DNA of 64,000 nt from Candidatus Latescibacterota bacterium (lineage in GTDB: Bacteria > Latescibacterota > UBA2968). Made by a program: the position numbers and the translations under genes. Below, piece by piece: positions 54,133-63,190 of this stretch (positions are counted from its first letter, which is position 1; every line of letters starts with the position of its first letter). Under the pieces are notes generated by a model. It was given only the letters and a program-made list of their open reading frames with translations. It was not told the origin of the DNA and searched no databases. The DNA is taken from positions 2,304,001-2,368,000 of the forward strand of contig OZ240241.1 of the NCBI GenBank assembly GCA_965198115.1, read 5' to 3'.

Positions 54133-56055
54133 ATGACCAAACGAGCCTTCATCCTCGGCCTCCTCCTCTCGATCGTTGCCGCCATCTGGCCCGCCTGGTC
54201 CGAGTACATCATCCGATCCTCCCGCGCCGACTACGCCCAGCTTTCGGTCGCGATCCTCATCCCTTTCCTCGTCCTGATCGTCGTCAACAGCACCCTCTCC
54301 AGGAAGGGGCGAGGGTTGGCCGCTTCGGAGCTGATCCTGATCGTCTCGATGGGTATGATCGCCGCCCTCGCACAAGGCGAATGGGTCGTGGGTTTTTTCC
54401 TCGGGACCATAACGTCACCCGCCTACTTCGCCACCGCCGAGAACGGCTGGGCCGAGGCCCTGCTCACGACCATTCCCCGGTGGTCGATCATCGCCGATCG
54501 GCACGCAGCGACAGGCTTCTACGAAGGCCTGCCTTTCAGGGCTGCTTTCCCGTGGTCGGACTGGTGGCCCCCGCTCCTGTGGTGGAGTGGGTTCCTCCTG
54601 GCCTTTTTCCTCGCCAACCTGTGTGTCGTCGTCATCTTTCGGCGACAATGGATGGATTACGAACGTCTCCCTTACCCGATCGCCGTCGGCCTCCTGGAAA
54701 TGACCGGCCAGGGAGAAGAACGTGGCACCCTCACCCTCCTCTTTCGAAGCCGCCTGTTCTGGATCGGCTATGGCATTACTGCATTCTTCTTCATCTGGGA
54801 CCAGGTGGCCTGGTTCAGTGAACTCCTGCCCGAGATCGACCCCCAGCGCGACCGCATCATCACCCTCGCCAAGGGGTTTCCCGACCTACGATTCAGCCCG
54901 AACCCGATGGCGATGGCCTTTTCGTGGTTCGTTAGGTCGGAAGTGCTCTTCAGCATCTGGGCATTCCACCTTCTGATGGTGTTGCAGGTGGGCATCATGA
55001 CCCGATTCGGTCTGGAGATGGGTGCGTTTGACCCGTGGGACTCTTTCCACGTCGGAGTAGGATGGCAGAGCTTCGGAGGTCTCATCGTGTTCGTGGCGTG
55101 GGGACTGTGGATCGCGCGTGATCATCTTGCCGCCGTCATTCGCCAGGCCTTCTGGAGGACGAACGAAATCGACGATACCGAAGAACTGATGTCTTATCGA
55201 ACCGCCGTCTTCCTGTTCATCGCCAGCGCTCTCTTCAGTGGCACCTTTCTCTGGCAGTGTGGCCTCTCTCTAGGCCCTCTCCTGACCTTCTGGGGTGCAA
55301 CGGTCGTCTTCTACCTCGGCTTCGCGCGTATCATCGTTGAAACGGGGCTCGTCTTCCTGCGTACCCCGATCACCAGCCAAGCTTTTACGTGGCGTCTCTT
55401 CGGAATCCCTGGCATCGACCCCGCCAGTGCCACGGCGCTGGGTTTGACTTTCACGTTCTTTGCTGACGGCAAGACTCTATTCATCACCACCCTCGCCCAC
55501 ATTCCGCGTCTTGGTCTCGCCGTGGACCGCGAGGAACGCCGGCGTCTTCCGGCAGCGGTTACGACCGCACTCATCGCTGGGTTGGTTGCCGTGGGCACTT
55601 ACACCATCTACCACGGCTATTATGGGGTGGGCACGCTCAACTTCGCGAGTCCAAGCTATAACGGCGGCAATGCGGACGGCGCGTGGGGTATCACCGCCGC
55701 GCGCATCCGGAGCAGCGGCATGAAGACTGACTGGAGACGCATCATTTTTTTGATCGCTGGAGCAGTCTTCACCGCCTGTCTATACGGTATTCGATATCGA
55801 TTCCCTCGCTTCAGCCTGAACCCCATCGGGTTCGCAATCTCCGGCTCGAACATTCTACGAAGCGGGATCACCTCGGTCTTCCTCATCTGGTTGGCCAAGA
55901 ACCTCATCATTGGCCTCGGCGGTCCGGAGCGTTACAGACGCGCGACCCCCTTCATTATGGGAATGCTCCTGGGCTACCTCACCGCGATCACTACCGGCAT
56001 CGTCGTGGACGCCATCTGGTTTCCAGGCAAAGGCCACCAGCTCCACGGCTGGTAG
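54133..56055 (+). CDS. DUF6785/DUF6784-like membrane protein, copy 2 (640 aa)
   Basis: Colinear paralog starting MTKRAF. Confidence 0.8.
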   Translation: MTKRAFILGLLLSIVAAIWPAWSEYIIRSSRADYAQLSVAILIPFLVLIVVNSTLSRKGRGLAASELILIVSMGMIAALAQGEWVVGFFLGTITSPAYFATAENGWAEALLTTIPRWSIIADRHAATGFYEGLPFRAAFPWSDWWPPLLWWSGFLLAFFLANLCVVVIFRRQWMDYERLPYPIAVGLLEMTGQGEERGTLTLLFRSRLFWIGYGITAFFFIWDQVAWFSELLPEIDPQRDRIITLAKGFPDLRFSPNPMAMAFSWFVRSEVLFSIWAFHLLMVLQVGIMTRFGLEMGAFDPWDSFHVGVGWQSFGGLIVFVAWGLWIARDHLAAVIRQAFWRTNEIDDTEELMSYRTAVFLFIASALFSGTFLWQCGLSLGPLLTFWGATVVFYLGFARIIVETGLVFLRTPITSQAFTWRLFGIPGIDPASATALGLTFTFFADGKTLFITTLAHIPRLGLAVDREERRRLPAAVTTALIAGLVAVGTYTIYHGYYGVGTLNFASPSYNGGNADGAWGITAARIRSSGMKTDWRRIIFLIAGAVFTACLYGIRYRFPRFSLNPIGFAISGSNILRSGITSVFLIWLAKNLIIGLGGPERYRRATPFIMGMLLGYLTAITTGIVVDAIWFPGKGHQLHGW

Positions 56056-56189
56056 ATCTTCGACGCAGAATACCAACAGGAGCTAATGACAACCGAGGTC
56101 GATGACAATAAGACACCTTCAGAAGCGGCTGTTCGAAGTCGGAGACTTCTCCCACAGAACCCAAAAGGGCGAAGCCCGTCTATCCCGTC

Positions 56190-56345
56190 CACTGTCTACC
56201 GTCCACCGTCCACTTATTGCAGCCGGGAGGCTACTCCTACCCAATCGAAGGTGCGAAGGCCGCATTTCTGCCGACCGCCCACCGCCCTCCGCCGACAGCT
56301 TTTTCTCCCCTGCTCCCGGGCTCCCCTGCTCCCCTGCTCCCCTGC
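56190..56345. repeat. Degenerate 7-mer and 8-mer tandem repeats (CCGTCCA, CCGCCCA/CCGCCGA, CTCCCCTG)
   Basis: Seen directly between paralogs 2 and 3. Confidence 0.6.
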
Positions 56346-56351
56346 AGTTCT

Positions 56352-58274
56352 ATGACTAAACGCGCCTTCCTCCTCGGCCTCTTTCTCTCCATCCTTGCCG
56401 CCGTCTGGCCTGCCTGGTCGGAGTACATTCTACGTTCCTCCCGAGCCGACTACGGCCACCTCTCGGCTGCGATCCTGATTCCTTTCCTCGCCCTTCTCGC
56501 GATTAACAGCCGATTTGCGAAGGTTGGCCGCGGTCTGAATGCACCGGAGCTGATTCTCATCGTTTCGATGGGGATGATCGCCTCGCTCGCCCAGGGCGAA
56601 TGGATCGCCGGATACTGGCTCGGCACGATCGCGGCCCCAGCCTACTTCGCCACGGTCGAGAACGGATGGATGGAGGCCCTGCTCCCGACTGTCCCGAGGT
56701 GGTCGGTCATCGCCGATCGACAGGTAGCAGCGGGATTCTACGAGGGGTTGCCCTTCGGCGCGGAATTCCCGTGGGCAGCGTGGTGGCCGCCGTTACTGTG
56801 GTGGACCGGCTTCTTCGTCGCCTTCTCCATCGCCAACCTTTGCGTCGTCATCATCTTCAGAAAACAGTGGATGGACCACGAGCGCCTGCCCTACCCCATC
56901 GCCGTCGCCTTGCTTGAGATGACCGGCCAGAACAGCGACCGCGGCTCGCTCACATCCCTCTTCCGTAACCGTCTTTACTGGATCGGTTTCGGCATCACTT
57001 TCTTCCTCTATGGGTGGGATCAGCTGGCCTGGTTTAGCGAACTGCTACCCAGGATCAATCCTCAAAGCGATAGAGTCATCTATCTGATGAAGGATTACCC
57101 CTACCTGCGTTTCAGTCCGAACCCGATGGCAATGGCGTTTTCCTGGTTCGTCAAATCGGACGTCCTCTTCAGCATCTGGGCCTTCCATCTCTTGATGGTC
57201 CTGCAGGTGGGAATTATGAACCGGTTCGGCTATGAAATGGGCTCACACGATATGCTAGCTTCGTTCCACCCCGCGATCGGATGGGAGAGCTTCGGCGGCC
57301 TCACGGTATTCGTTGGGTGGGGCGTCTGGATCGCCCGTCACCATCTGAGGGCTGTGATCCGACAAGCGGTTCGAAACACGAACGAGTTGGACGATTCCGA
57401 GGAGTTGATGTCCTACCGAGCAGCATTCTGGCTGTTCATCGTCTGTGGGCTCTTCAGTTTCGCATTTTTTCTGCACTGCGGTCTTTCATTCGGTCCCTCA
57501 GTTGCGTTCTGGCTCGCCACGGTCGTGCTCTACCTCGGCTTTGCGCGTATGATCGTGGAGACGGGTCTTGTCTACCTCCGAACGCCCATCACCGGCCAGG
57601 CCTTTGCCTGGCATATTCTCGGAAGCACAGGGATCAGCAACGCCAGCGCCACGGCGTTGTCATTGACCTACACGTTCATAGCCGACGCAAAGGTCCTCTT
57701 CATCACGACCCTTGCGCACATCCCCCGGCTTGGCCTCGCCGTCAGTATCAAGGATCGTCGTCGCCTGCCGGCGGCGGTCACGAGTGCCCTCGTCGCAGGA
57801 CTGGTCGCCGTCACTGCCTTCACCCTCTACCACGGCTATTACGTAATGGGGACGATCAACTTCAACAGTCCCAGTTACAGCGGCAGCAACGCCAGCGGTG
57901 TGTGGGGCATCACCGCGTCCCGTATCCGGGCGGCAAACGTGGCGACCGACTGGAAGCGAATCACCTGGTTCCTCGTCGGCGCAGCCTTCACGGCCGGTCT
58001 GTATGCGATCCGCTATCGTTACCCGCGTCTGGCTCTCCATCCGATCGGCTTCACAATCACTGGATCCAACGTCCTGCGAACAGTCGTCTCCTCTGTCTTC
58101 ATCGTCTGGCTCGCCAAGGTCCTGGTCATCGGACTGGGCGGTCCCGAGCGATACCGACGAGCCACGCCCTTCATCATGGGCAGCCTGATCGGCTACCTCG
58201 CCGCCATCGCCACCGGCATCGTTGTCGACGCCATCTGGTTTCCCGGCAAGGGTCACCTGCTCCACGGATTCTAG
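56352..58274 (+). CDS. DUF6785/DUF6784-like membrane protein, copy 3 (640 aa)
   Basis: Colinear paralog starting MTKRAF. Confidence 0.8.
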   Translation: MTKRAFLLGLFLSILAAVWPAWSEYILRSSRADYGHLSAAILIPFLALLAINSRFAKVGRGLNAPELILIVSMGMIASLAQGEWIAGYWLGTIAAPAYFATVENGWMEALLPTVPRWSVIADRQVAAGFYEGLPFGAEFPWAAWWPPLLWWTGFFVAFSIANLCVVIIFRKQWMDHERLPYPIAVALLEMTGQNSDRGSLTSLFRNRLYWIGFGITFFLYGWDQLAWFSELLPRINPQSDRVIYLMKDYPYLRFSPNPMAMAFSWFVKSDVLFSIWAFHLLMVLQVGIMNRFGYEMGSHDMLASFHPAIGWESFGGLTVFVGWGVWIARHHLRAVIRQAVRNTNELDDSEELMSYRAAFWLFIVCGLFSFAFFLHCGLSFGPSVAFWLATVVLYLGFARMIVETGLVYLRTPITGQAFAWHILGSTGISNASATALSLTYTFIADAKVLFITTLAHIPRLGLAVSIKDRRRLPAAVTSALVAGLVAVTAFTLYHGYYVMGTINFNSPSYSGSNASGVWGITASRIRAANVATDWKRITWFLVGAAFTAGLYAIRYRYPRLALHPIGFTITGSNVLRTVVSSVFIVWLAKVLVIGLGGPERYRRATPFIMGSLIGYLAAIATGIVVDAIWFPGKGHLLHGF

Positions 58275-58487
58275 GGCCACCCTCTCTGGACATTCGACAT
58301 TGGGCGTTCGACATTGGACATTCGTGGCGTCCACACCTTCCTTTCAACAACGAAATTTCATTGTTACAACCGATAATTCGTTGTATGGAACCTTCCAAGT
58401 CGCACGCCATCACCGACAGAATAGATCATTAACTGTCTGTTTTTAACTAAAAAATATCCTGACCAGCTCGATGGGCACGAAATTTGA

Positions 58488-59153
58488 TTGTTGTTCGGTC
58501 AACGCGAACGAATCCGACGGAAACCAAGGAGAAGGAAAAGCGCATTCACACCAGCCGTCAAGGCCATCCAGACTCAAAAGGGATCGAGATCCTCTTACGC
58601 GAAAGTCGAAGAAAGTGGGGGTTGGAATGACGAAATCACGTCCGGCCTCGAGACCTTCCTGACCGACCTGGACATGTTCTACTTCGGCACGGCGAACCCA
58701 GAGGGACAACCCTACATCCAGTATCGCGGGGGCAAGCCGGGATTTCTGAAGGTCGTCGGCCGCCGGGCCCTGGCCTTCGCCGATTTCCGCGGCAACCGCC
58801 AGTACATCTCCGTCGGCAACCTCAGCGAAAACCCGAAGGCTTTCATTTTCCTGATCGATTACGCCCACAGCCGTCGCATCAAAATCTGGGGCACCGCAAG
58901 AGTCGTCGAAGACGATCCCGAGCTCCTCGAGCGCCTCACCGACGACGACTATCCTGGGAAGGTCGAGCGCGCCATCGTCTTCACGATCGAAGCCTGGGAC
59001 ATCAATTGTCCCCAACACATTCACAAACGCGTACTCGAATCGGACGTCGCACCCATCATTGAAGACCTACAGGCTCAGATTCAGGTGCTTCAACGAAAGC
59101 TGGAGAAATACAAACTGACAGAGGAAATGGAGAGCGTCGCGGCGATGGCGTGA
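58488..59153 (+). CDS. Pyridoxamine 5'-phosphate oxidase family protein (5' end looks damaged)
   Basis: AFTPAVKAIQ, GQPYIQYRGG..GF, GNRQYIS.GNL, WDINCPQHI. Confidence 0.8.
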   Translation: MLFGQRERIRRKPRRRKSAFTPAVKAIQTQKGSRSSYAKVEESGGWNDEITSGLETFLTDLDMFYFGTANPEGQPYIQYRGGKPGFLKVVGRRALAFADFRGNRQYISVGNLSENPKAFIFLIDYAHSRRIKIWGTARVVEDDPELLERLTDDDYPGKVERAIVFTIEAWDINCPQHIHKRVLESDVAPIIEDLQAQIQVLQRKLEKYKLTEEMESVAAMA

Positions 59154-59189
59154 GGATCACGAACATCGTTCAATCGATCGGAGCACACG

Positions 59190-59660
59190 ATGAATCTCAT
59201 ACAACTGCAATTCACGACGAACAACCGGCTGGTCGGAAGTGTTCGTTTAATGCTCGCTCTCATCTTCCTGATGACAGGCCCCATGAAGCTCCTCGTCCCA
59301 AGTCTGGCCGAGGCCTGGACAGGCCAACTGTTGGCGGCTCAACTTCCGTTTTATGAATTGGCACGGTGGACGGTACCCTTCCTTGAGCTTGTCCTCGGCG
59401 TGTTTCTGGCAATCGGTCTGTTCGTGCGACCTGCAGTATTCGTGGTGACAGGCATCATGATCGTAGCCACCTATGTGCACGTGATCGTCGACGACCCGTC
59501 TCTTTTCCCACTTCAGCCCAGCGAGCCCATTGTCCCCATCCTGGTCATCCTGGGCAGCGTCTACCTCCTGTGGCGGGGCGCTGGTGCCTGGAGCAAAGAC
59601 CTGAAATCAACGCATATCAATCGTCCGTTTACACACCCGGTTCGTAAGGAGGTAACGTGA
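59190..59660 (+). CDS. DoxX family membrane protein
   Basis: RLMLALIF..G..K, ELVLG, YVH, GAGAWS.D. Confidence 0.8.
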   Translation: MNLIQLQFTTNNRLVGSVRLMLALIFLMTGPMKLLVPSLAEAWTGQLLAAQLPFYELARWTVPFLELVLGVFLAIGLFVRPAVFVVTGIMIVATYVHVIVDDPSLFPLQPSEPIVPILVILGSVYLLWRGAGAWSKDLKSTHINRPFTHPVRKEVT

Positions 59661-60142
59661 TGGATGCTCAAGCGATCTTTGGTCTTCAGTTCATCCTCAG
59701 TCTGATCGTGATCGGTTTGCTCACAAAGTGGATGTGGATCCCGAAACTCAACCAGCAGGACCACAATACGACGCTCTTCTCACTCACCATCCCCCACGCA
59801 TTTCGCCACATCGGGTTGGTGTTCCTCGTCCCAGGTGTCGTGGACCAACCGCTTCCCGAAGATTTCTCGATTCCGGCCGCGTATGGCGATCTGGCTGCTG
59901 GAATCCTCGCATTGCTGGCGCTCATCGCGTTACGAGGGAACTGGTCGGTCGCGATCGCGGCAGTCTGGTTGTTCAACGTGGTCGGCACTGTCGATCTACT
60001 CAACGCCCTGCGCCACCTCGATGTCGGCCCACTCTTCGGCTCGACTTGGTACATCCCGACGATGCTCGTCCCGTTGCTCCTGATCACCCATTTTCTGATT
60101 TTCGCCCGGCTGCTCAAACCGCAAGCATCCCCCACCAGCTGA
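59657..60142 (+). CDS. Hypothetical membrane protein
   Basis: PHAFRHIGL, AAYGDL, FNVVGTVDL, YIPT. Confidence 0.75.
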   Translation: MMDAQAIFGLQFILSLIVIGLLTKWMWIPKLNQQDHNTTLFSLTIPHAFRHIGLVFLVPGVVDQPLPEDFSIPAAYGDLAAGILALLALIALRGNWSVAIAAVWLFNVVGTVDLLNALRHLDVGPLFGSTWYIPTMLVPLLLITHFLIFARLLKPQASPTS

Positions 60143-60267
60143 GGGAAACATCCCAATACTCGATATCGATTTTCGATTTTCGATACCCAACCCACTTGAC
60201 CCTTACAGGTTCAGGCAGCATCCTACCCCGCCGTCTTGTGCCTTTTTGTCTTCGTGTTAGGGTTTGC

Positions 60268-61389
60268 ATGATCATCGATAGCCACGCTTACTGCTTCCAA
60301 CCCGGCGACTCCCTCGCCGGTCATCCGACGGTCGAGGAACACCTCGCCTGGGCTCAGACCGCGCAGACGCGCCATCACCAGCCCGCCTTCCGCATACGCG
60401 ACCGTGCCCCTGGCTCCTCGGAAGTCCTCGGACCCGAGACACCGATGGACTGGTCCGGCCTGCCCGACGTCAACTTTCGCATCGATCGCGAGAAGGGTCG
60501 TGTCGTCTGGACGGTCGATGGCGAGGACTACACGAAGCACTTCTATCCCCCCAACCTCCGAAATCTCGAGTTCACACCGCATAGTCTCATCTCGGAAATG
60601 GACTACGCGCGTGTCGACTACGCCTTCATCCATACCAACCCGATGCTCGGTCGCGATGCTGCCTTCCTAGCCGAATGCATCAGGCTCTATCCCGACCGCC
60701 TGGGTTCGATGGCGCCGGTCGACGAGTGGAGAATCCTATCCGACACCGACGCGGTTATCGCCGAAATGCAGACCGCAATACGCACACACAGCCTCCACGC
60801 CCTCAAGTTCAACACCCGGGGCGCGTTTCACGCGAACACGATGCCCTGGGACGACGGCCCTTACCGACCTTTCTGGGAGGCTTTCGTCGAGCTGGGTGTG
60901 CCCGTCTTCTTCACGCTCGGCTGCGGTCCGAACACACCCGCCGGTGCGTCAACAGGGCCTCAGTTTACCCAGGGCTACATCGATGAGCAGCGCATCCTCA
61001 TCGACTGGATGAACCGCTATCCCGACACGATCTGCAGCATCACCCACGGCTTCCCCTGGCGCGTCTTCGTCGAAGGCGACAGCATCACGTTGCCCGACAA
61101 CGTCTGGATCCCCTTTGAGAATTCGAAACTCAGTCTCGAGGTCTGCTTCCCCGTCCGCATCGGCGACCTGTTCGAGTTCCCCTATCACGAAGTCCATCCA
61201 ACACTCGAAGCAATGGTCCGCCACATCGGCTCCGATCGCCTCCTGTGGGGCACCGATATGCCCTTCCAGAACCGCTTCTGCACGTATCGCCAGTCCCGTC
61301 AATGGATCGAGAAATACTGCGCCTTCCTGACCGACGAAGACCGCGCGAACATCATGGGCAACACCTGCGCCCGAATCCTGGGGTTATAG
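60268..61389 (+). CDS. Amidohydrolase_2 family protein
   Basis: MIIDSHAY, THGFP, RLLWGTDMP, IMGNT.ARIL. Confidence 0.83.
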   Translation: MIIDSHAYCFQPGDSLAGHPTVEEHLAWAQTAQTRHHQPAFRIRDRAPGSSEVLGPETPMDWSGLPDVNFRIDREKGRVVWTVDGEDYTKHFYPPNLRNLEFTPHSLISEMDYARVDYAFIHTNPMLGRDAAFLAECIRLYPDRLGSMAPVDEWRILSDTDAVIAEMQTAIRTHSLHALKFNTRGAFHANTMPWDDGPYRPFWEAFVELGVPVFFTLGCGPNTPAGASTGPQFTQGYIDEQRILIDWMNRYPDTICSITHGFPWRVFVEGDSITLPDNVWIPFENSKLSLEVCFPVRIGDLFEFPYHEVHPTLEAMVRHIGSDRLLWGTDMPFQNRFCTYRQSRQWIEKYCAFLTDEDRANIMGNTCARILGL

Positions 61390-61414
61390 TTGGAAACCGT
61401 TGCGCGCAACCAAC

Positions 61415-61540
61415 GTCACCCCGGTGTGCTTCTTTGGAGCCTGTCCCGAGCGCAGTCGAGGGAGGGCCCATTTTCTGCACGCGATCACAATCTCCATTGT
61501 GTGCAAAGTGGATCCCGGCCTAAAGCTTGCCGGGATGACA
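61415..61540. repeat. REP doublet; first REP carries the nested 27-bp unit (61436..61462)
   Basis: GTCACCCCGGTGTGCTTCTTT[GGAGCCTGTCCCGAGCGCAGTCGAGGG].. and GGATCCCGGC..GCCGGGATGAC. Confidence 0.6.
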
Positions 61541-61624
61541 ATGCCTGCTTGGCTTTGGTCACGGATCACTTGCCTGCCCACCGTAGCCTTAGCGAAGGTG
61601 GGTCAATGATCACGGGTCATTGAA

Positions 61625-62590
61625 ATGGCTTCTCTATCTATCGCCGTAATCGGCGCCGGCAACATCGCCCAGCAGCACCTCCCTGTCCTTCGTGCGCTCC
61701 CGGAGTGCGACCTCGTCTCTCTCGTCGACACCAACGCCGACACCCTCGCAGAATCAGCCGATCGCTTCGACGTCCCAAACCGCTGCACGTCGGTCGACGA
61801 TCTACTCGACCAGAACCGTCCCGACGCCGTCTTCGTCCTCGTCAGCGTCCTGCACGTGGCCGATGTCGTCACCCGCTTCCTGACCGAGAGAATTCCCACG
61901 TTTACCGAAAAGCCCCCGGGTCTCTACACGCGTCAAACCCGCGCTCTTGCCAAACTGGCTCAGGAAAGGGGCACACCGGCGATGGTCGGCGTCAACCGCC
62001 GCTTCTACAGCACCCTCACCGAGGGCCGTCATAAGCTTCTCGACGAAGGGCCCGTGCGAAGCGTCACCGTCGACGCTCACGAGGACATCGATCGACTACG
62101 CACGGGAACCAAGTTTCCGCCCGAAGTCATCGCCCGATGGAGCGCCGCCAACGGAATCCACGCGCTCGACTTGCTCCGTTACTTCGGTGGAGATGTGGCG
62201 AAAGTCGAATCCGTTCAACAAATCGTGGAAGGCCCGATGCCGGACGGGGTGACTGCCACGCTCGAATTCGAAAACGGCGCACACGGCCGCGCGTCAATGG
62301 ACTGGTTCGCGCCCGGCGATCATCGCTTCGAAGTGCGTACCACAGCTGCTACACTCACATCCAATCGTGGTTACAGCACCGTCCTCCTCCGTCGTCGCGC
62401 CAAGGATCCGGAAGAGATTGCACTCAGCGACATCGACCGACAATTCAAAGCCGGCTTCTATCGTCAGGACCAGACCTTCCTGCGATCGGTTATCGACGGC
62501 GTACCCTTTCCCGATCCCGCTTGCACACTCGATGACGCAGTCAAAACGATGGAAATGATCGACGCCATTTGTGGTCACACAGAGGCTTGA
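61625..62590 (+). CDS. Gfo/Idh/MocA oxidoreductase
   Basis: IGAGNIA, EKP, VNRRF, GIHALD. Confidence 0.9.
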   Translation: MASLSIAVIGAGNIAQQHLPVLRALPECDLVSLVDTNADTLAESADRFDVPNRCTSVDDLLDQNRPDAVFVLVSVLHVADVVTRFLTERIPTFTEKPPGLYTRQTRALAKLAQERGTPAMVGVNRRFYSTLTEGRHKLLDEGPVRSVTVDAHEDIDRLRTGTKFPPEVIARWSAANGIHALDLLRYFGGDVAKVESVQQIVEGPMPDGVTATLEFENGAHGRASMDWFAPGDHRFEVRTTAATLTSNRGYSTVLLRRRAKDPEEIALSDIDRQFKAGFYRQDQTFLRSVIDGVPFPDPACTLDDAVKTMEMIDAICGHTEA

Positions 62591-62667
62591 TAATGGCCCG
62601 CCTTCTTTGGTCAGGTGTCACTGGTCATCGGTCACTGCGCCCTCAGTACATCTAAGTTTTATTTAAC

Positions 62668-62699
62668 AAAAGAGGCGCCCCCTCCATCCTGGGCGCCTC
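62668..62699 (-). terminator. Rho-independent terminator for the minus-strand genes
   Basis: GAGGCGCCC/GGGCGCCTC stem followed by TTTTGTT on the minus strand. Confidence 0.6.
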
Positions 62700-62723
62700 G
62701 ACCTTCTCGAACGTTCGGCCCTA

Positions 62724-63130
62724 CTACGGCGGCCATTGAATGTCTCTCGCCGCACACACCTTTCTTAGCTTCTTCAGCGCCCCACCGACCGCTTTCCCAT
62801 CTCTTTGCTTTCCGTAGAGGTGCTCGCTCACGACCTACTGCGAATCTGCAATTGTTCTCCAATCTGGCGCTGGTTCATCTCGGCGAAGTAGTAGAGCTCG
62901 ACGACTTCTCGCTGCCGATCGGTCAACACCTCTGTAATCACCGCTTCGAGTTCTCGTCGCATCGCACGTGCGTGCTCGTGGCGCGCGTGACGGTCGTCGA
63001 GATCCTCATCCGACTCGTAAAACGGGTGATCCTGGGTCGTGAATCTCCGCCACCCCGCATCGCTCAGGGTAACCTCCCAGAAATCCGGAACTTGGATGTA
63101 CGTGTGTCCGTATCGTCGCGGATCTCGACG
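62724..63130 (-). pseudogene. Sigma-70 region-4 HTH protein (frameshift plus stop in the HTH)
   Basis: Manual translation: PDFWEV..VLTDRQREVVELYYFAEMNQRQIGEQLQI/Q*VVSEHLYGK..GGALKKLRK; start not resolved. Confidence 0.65.
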
Positions 63131-63190
63131 GTCTCCTCGATCTCCGGCAAGCCGGCCAACACAAAGAGCGGAAAACTTGGGACGCTGCGC

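Noticed and set aside
59728-60267. N-terminal extensions in the ORF track (59728, 29120, 7978, 56217, 6300)
   Set aside because: They overlap upstream genes; homology and RBS positions place the true starts downstream
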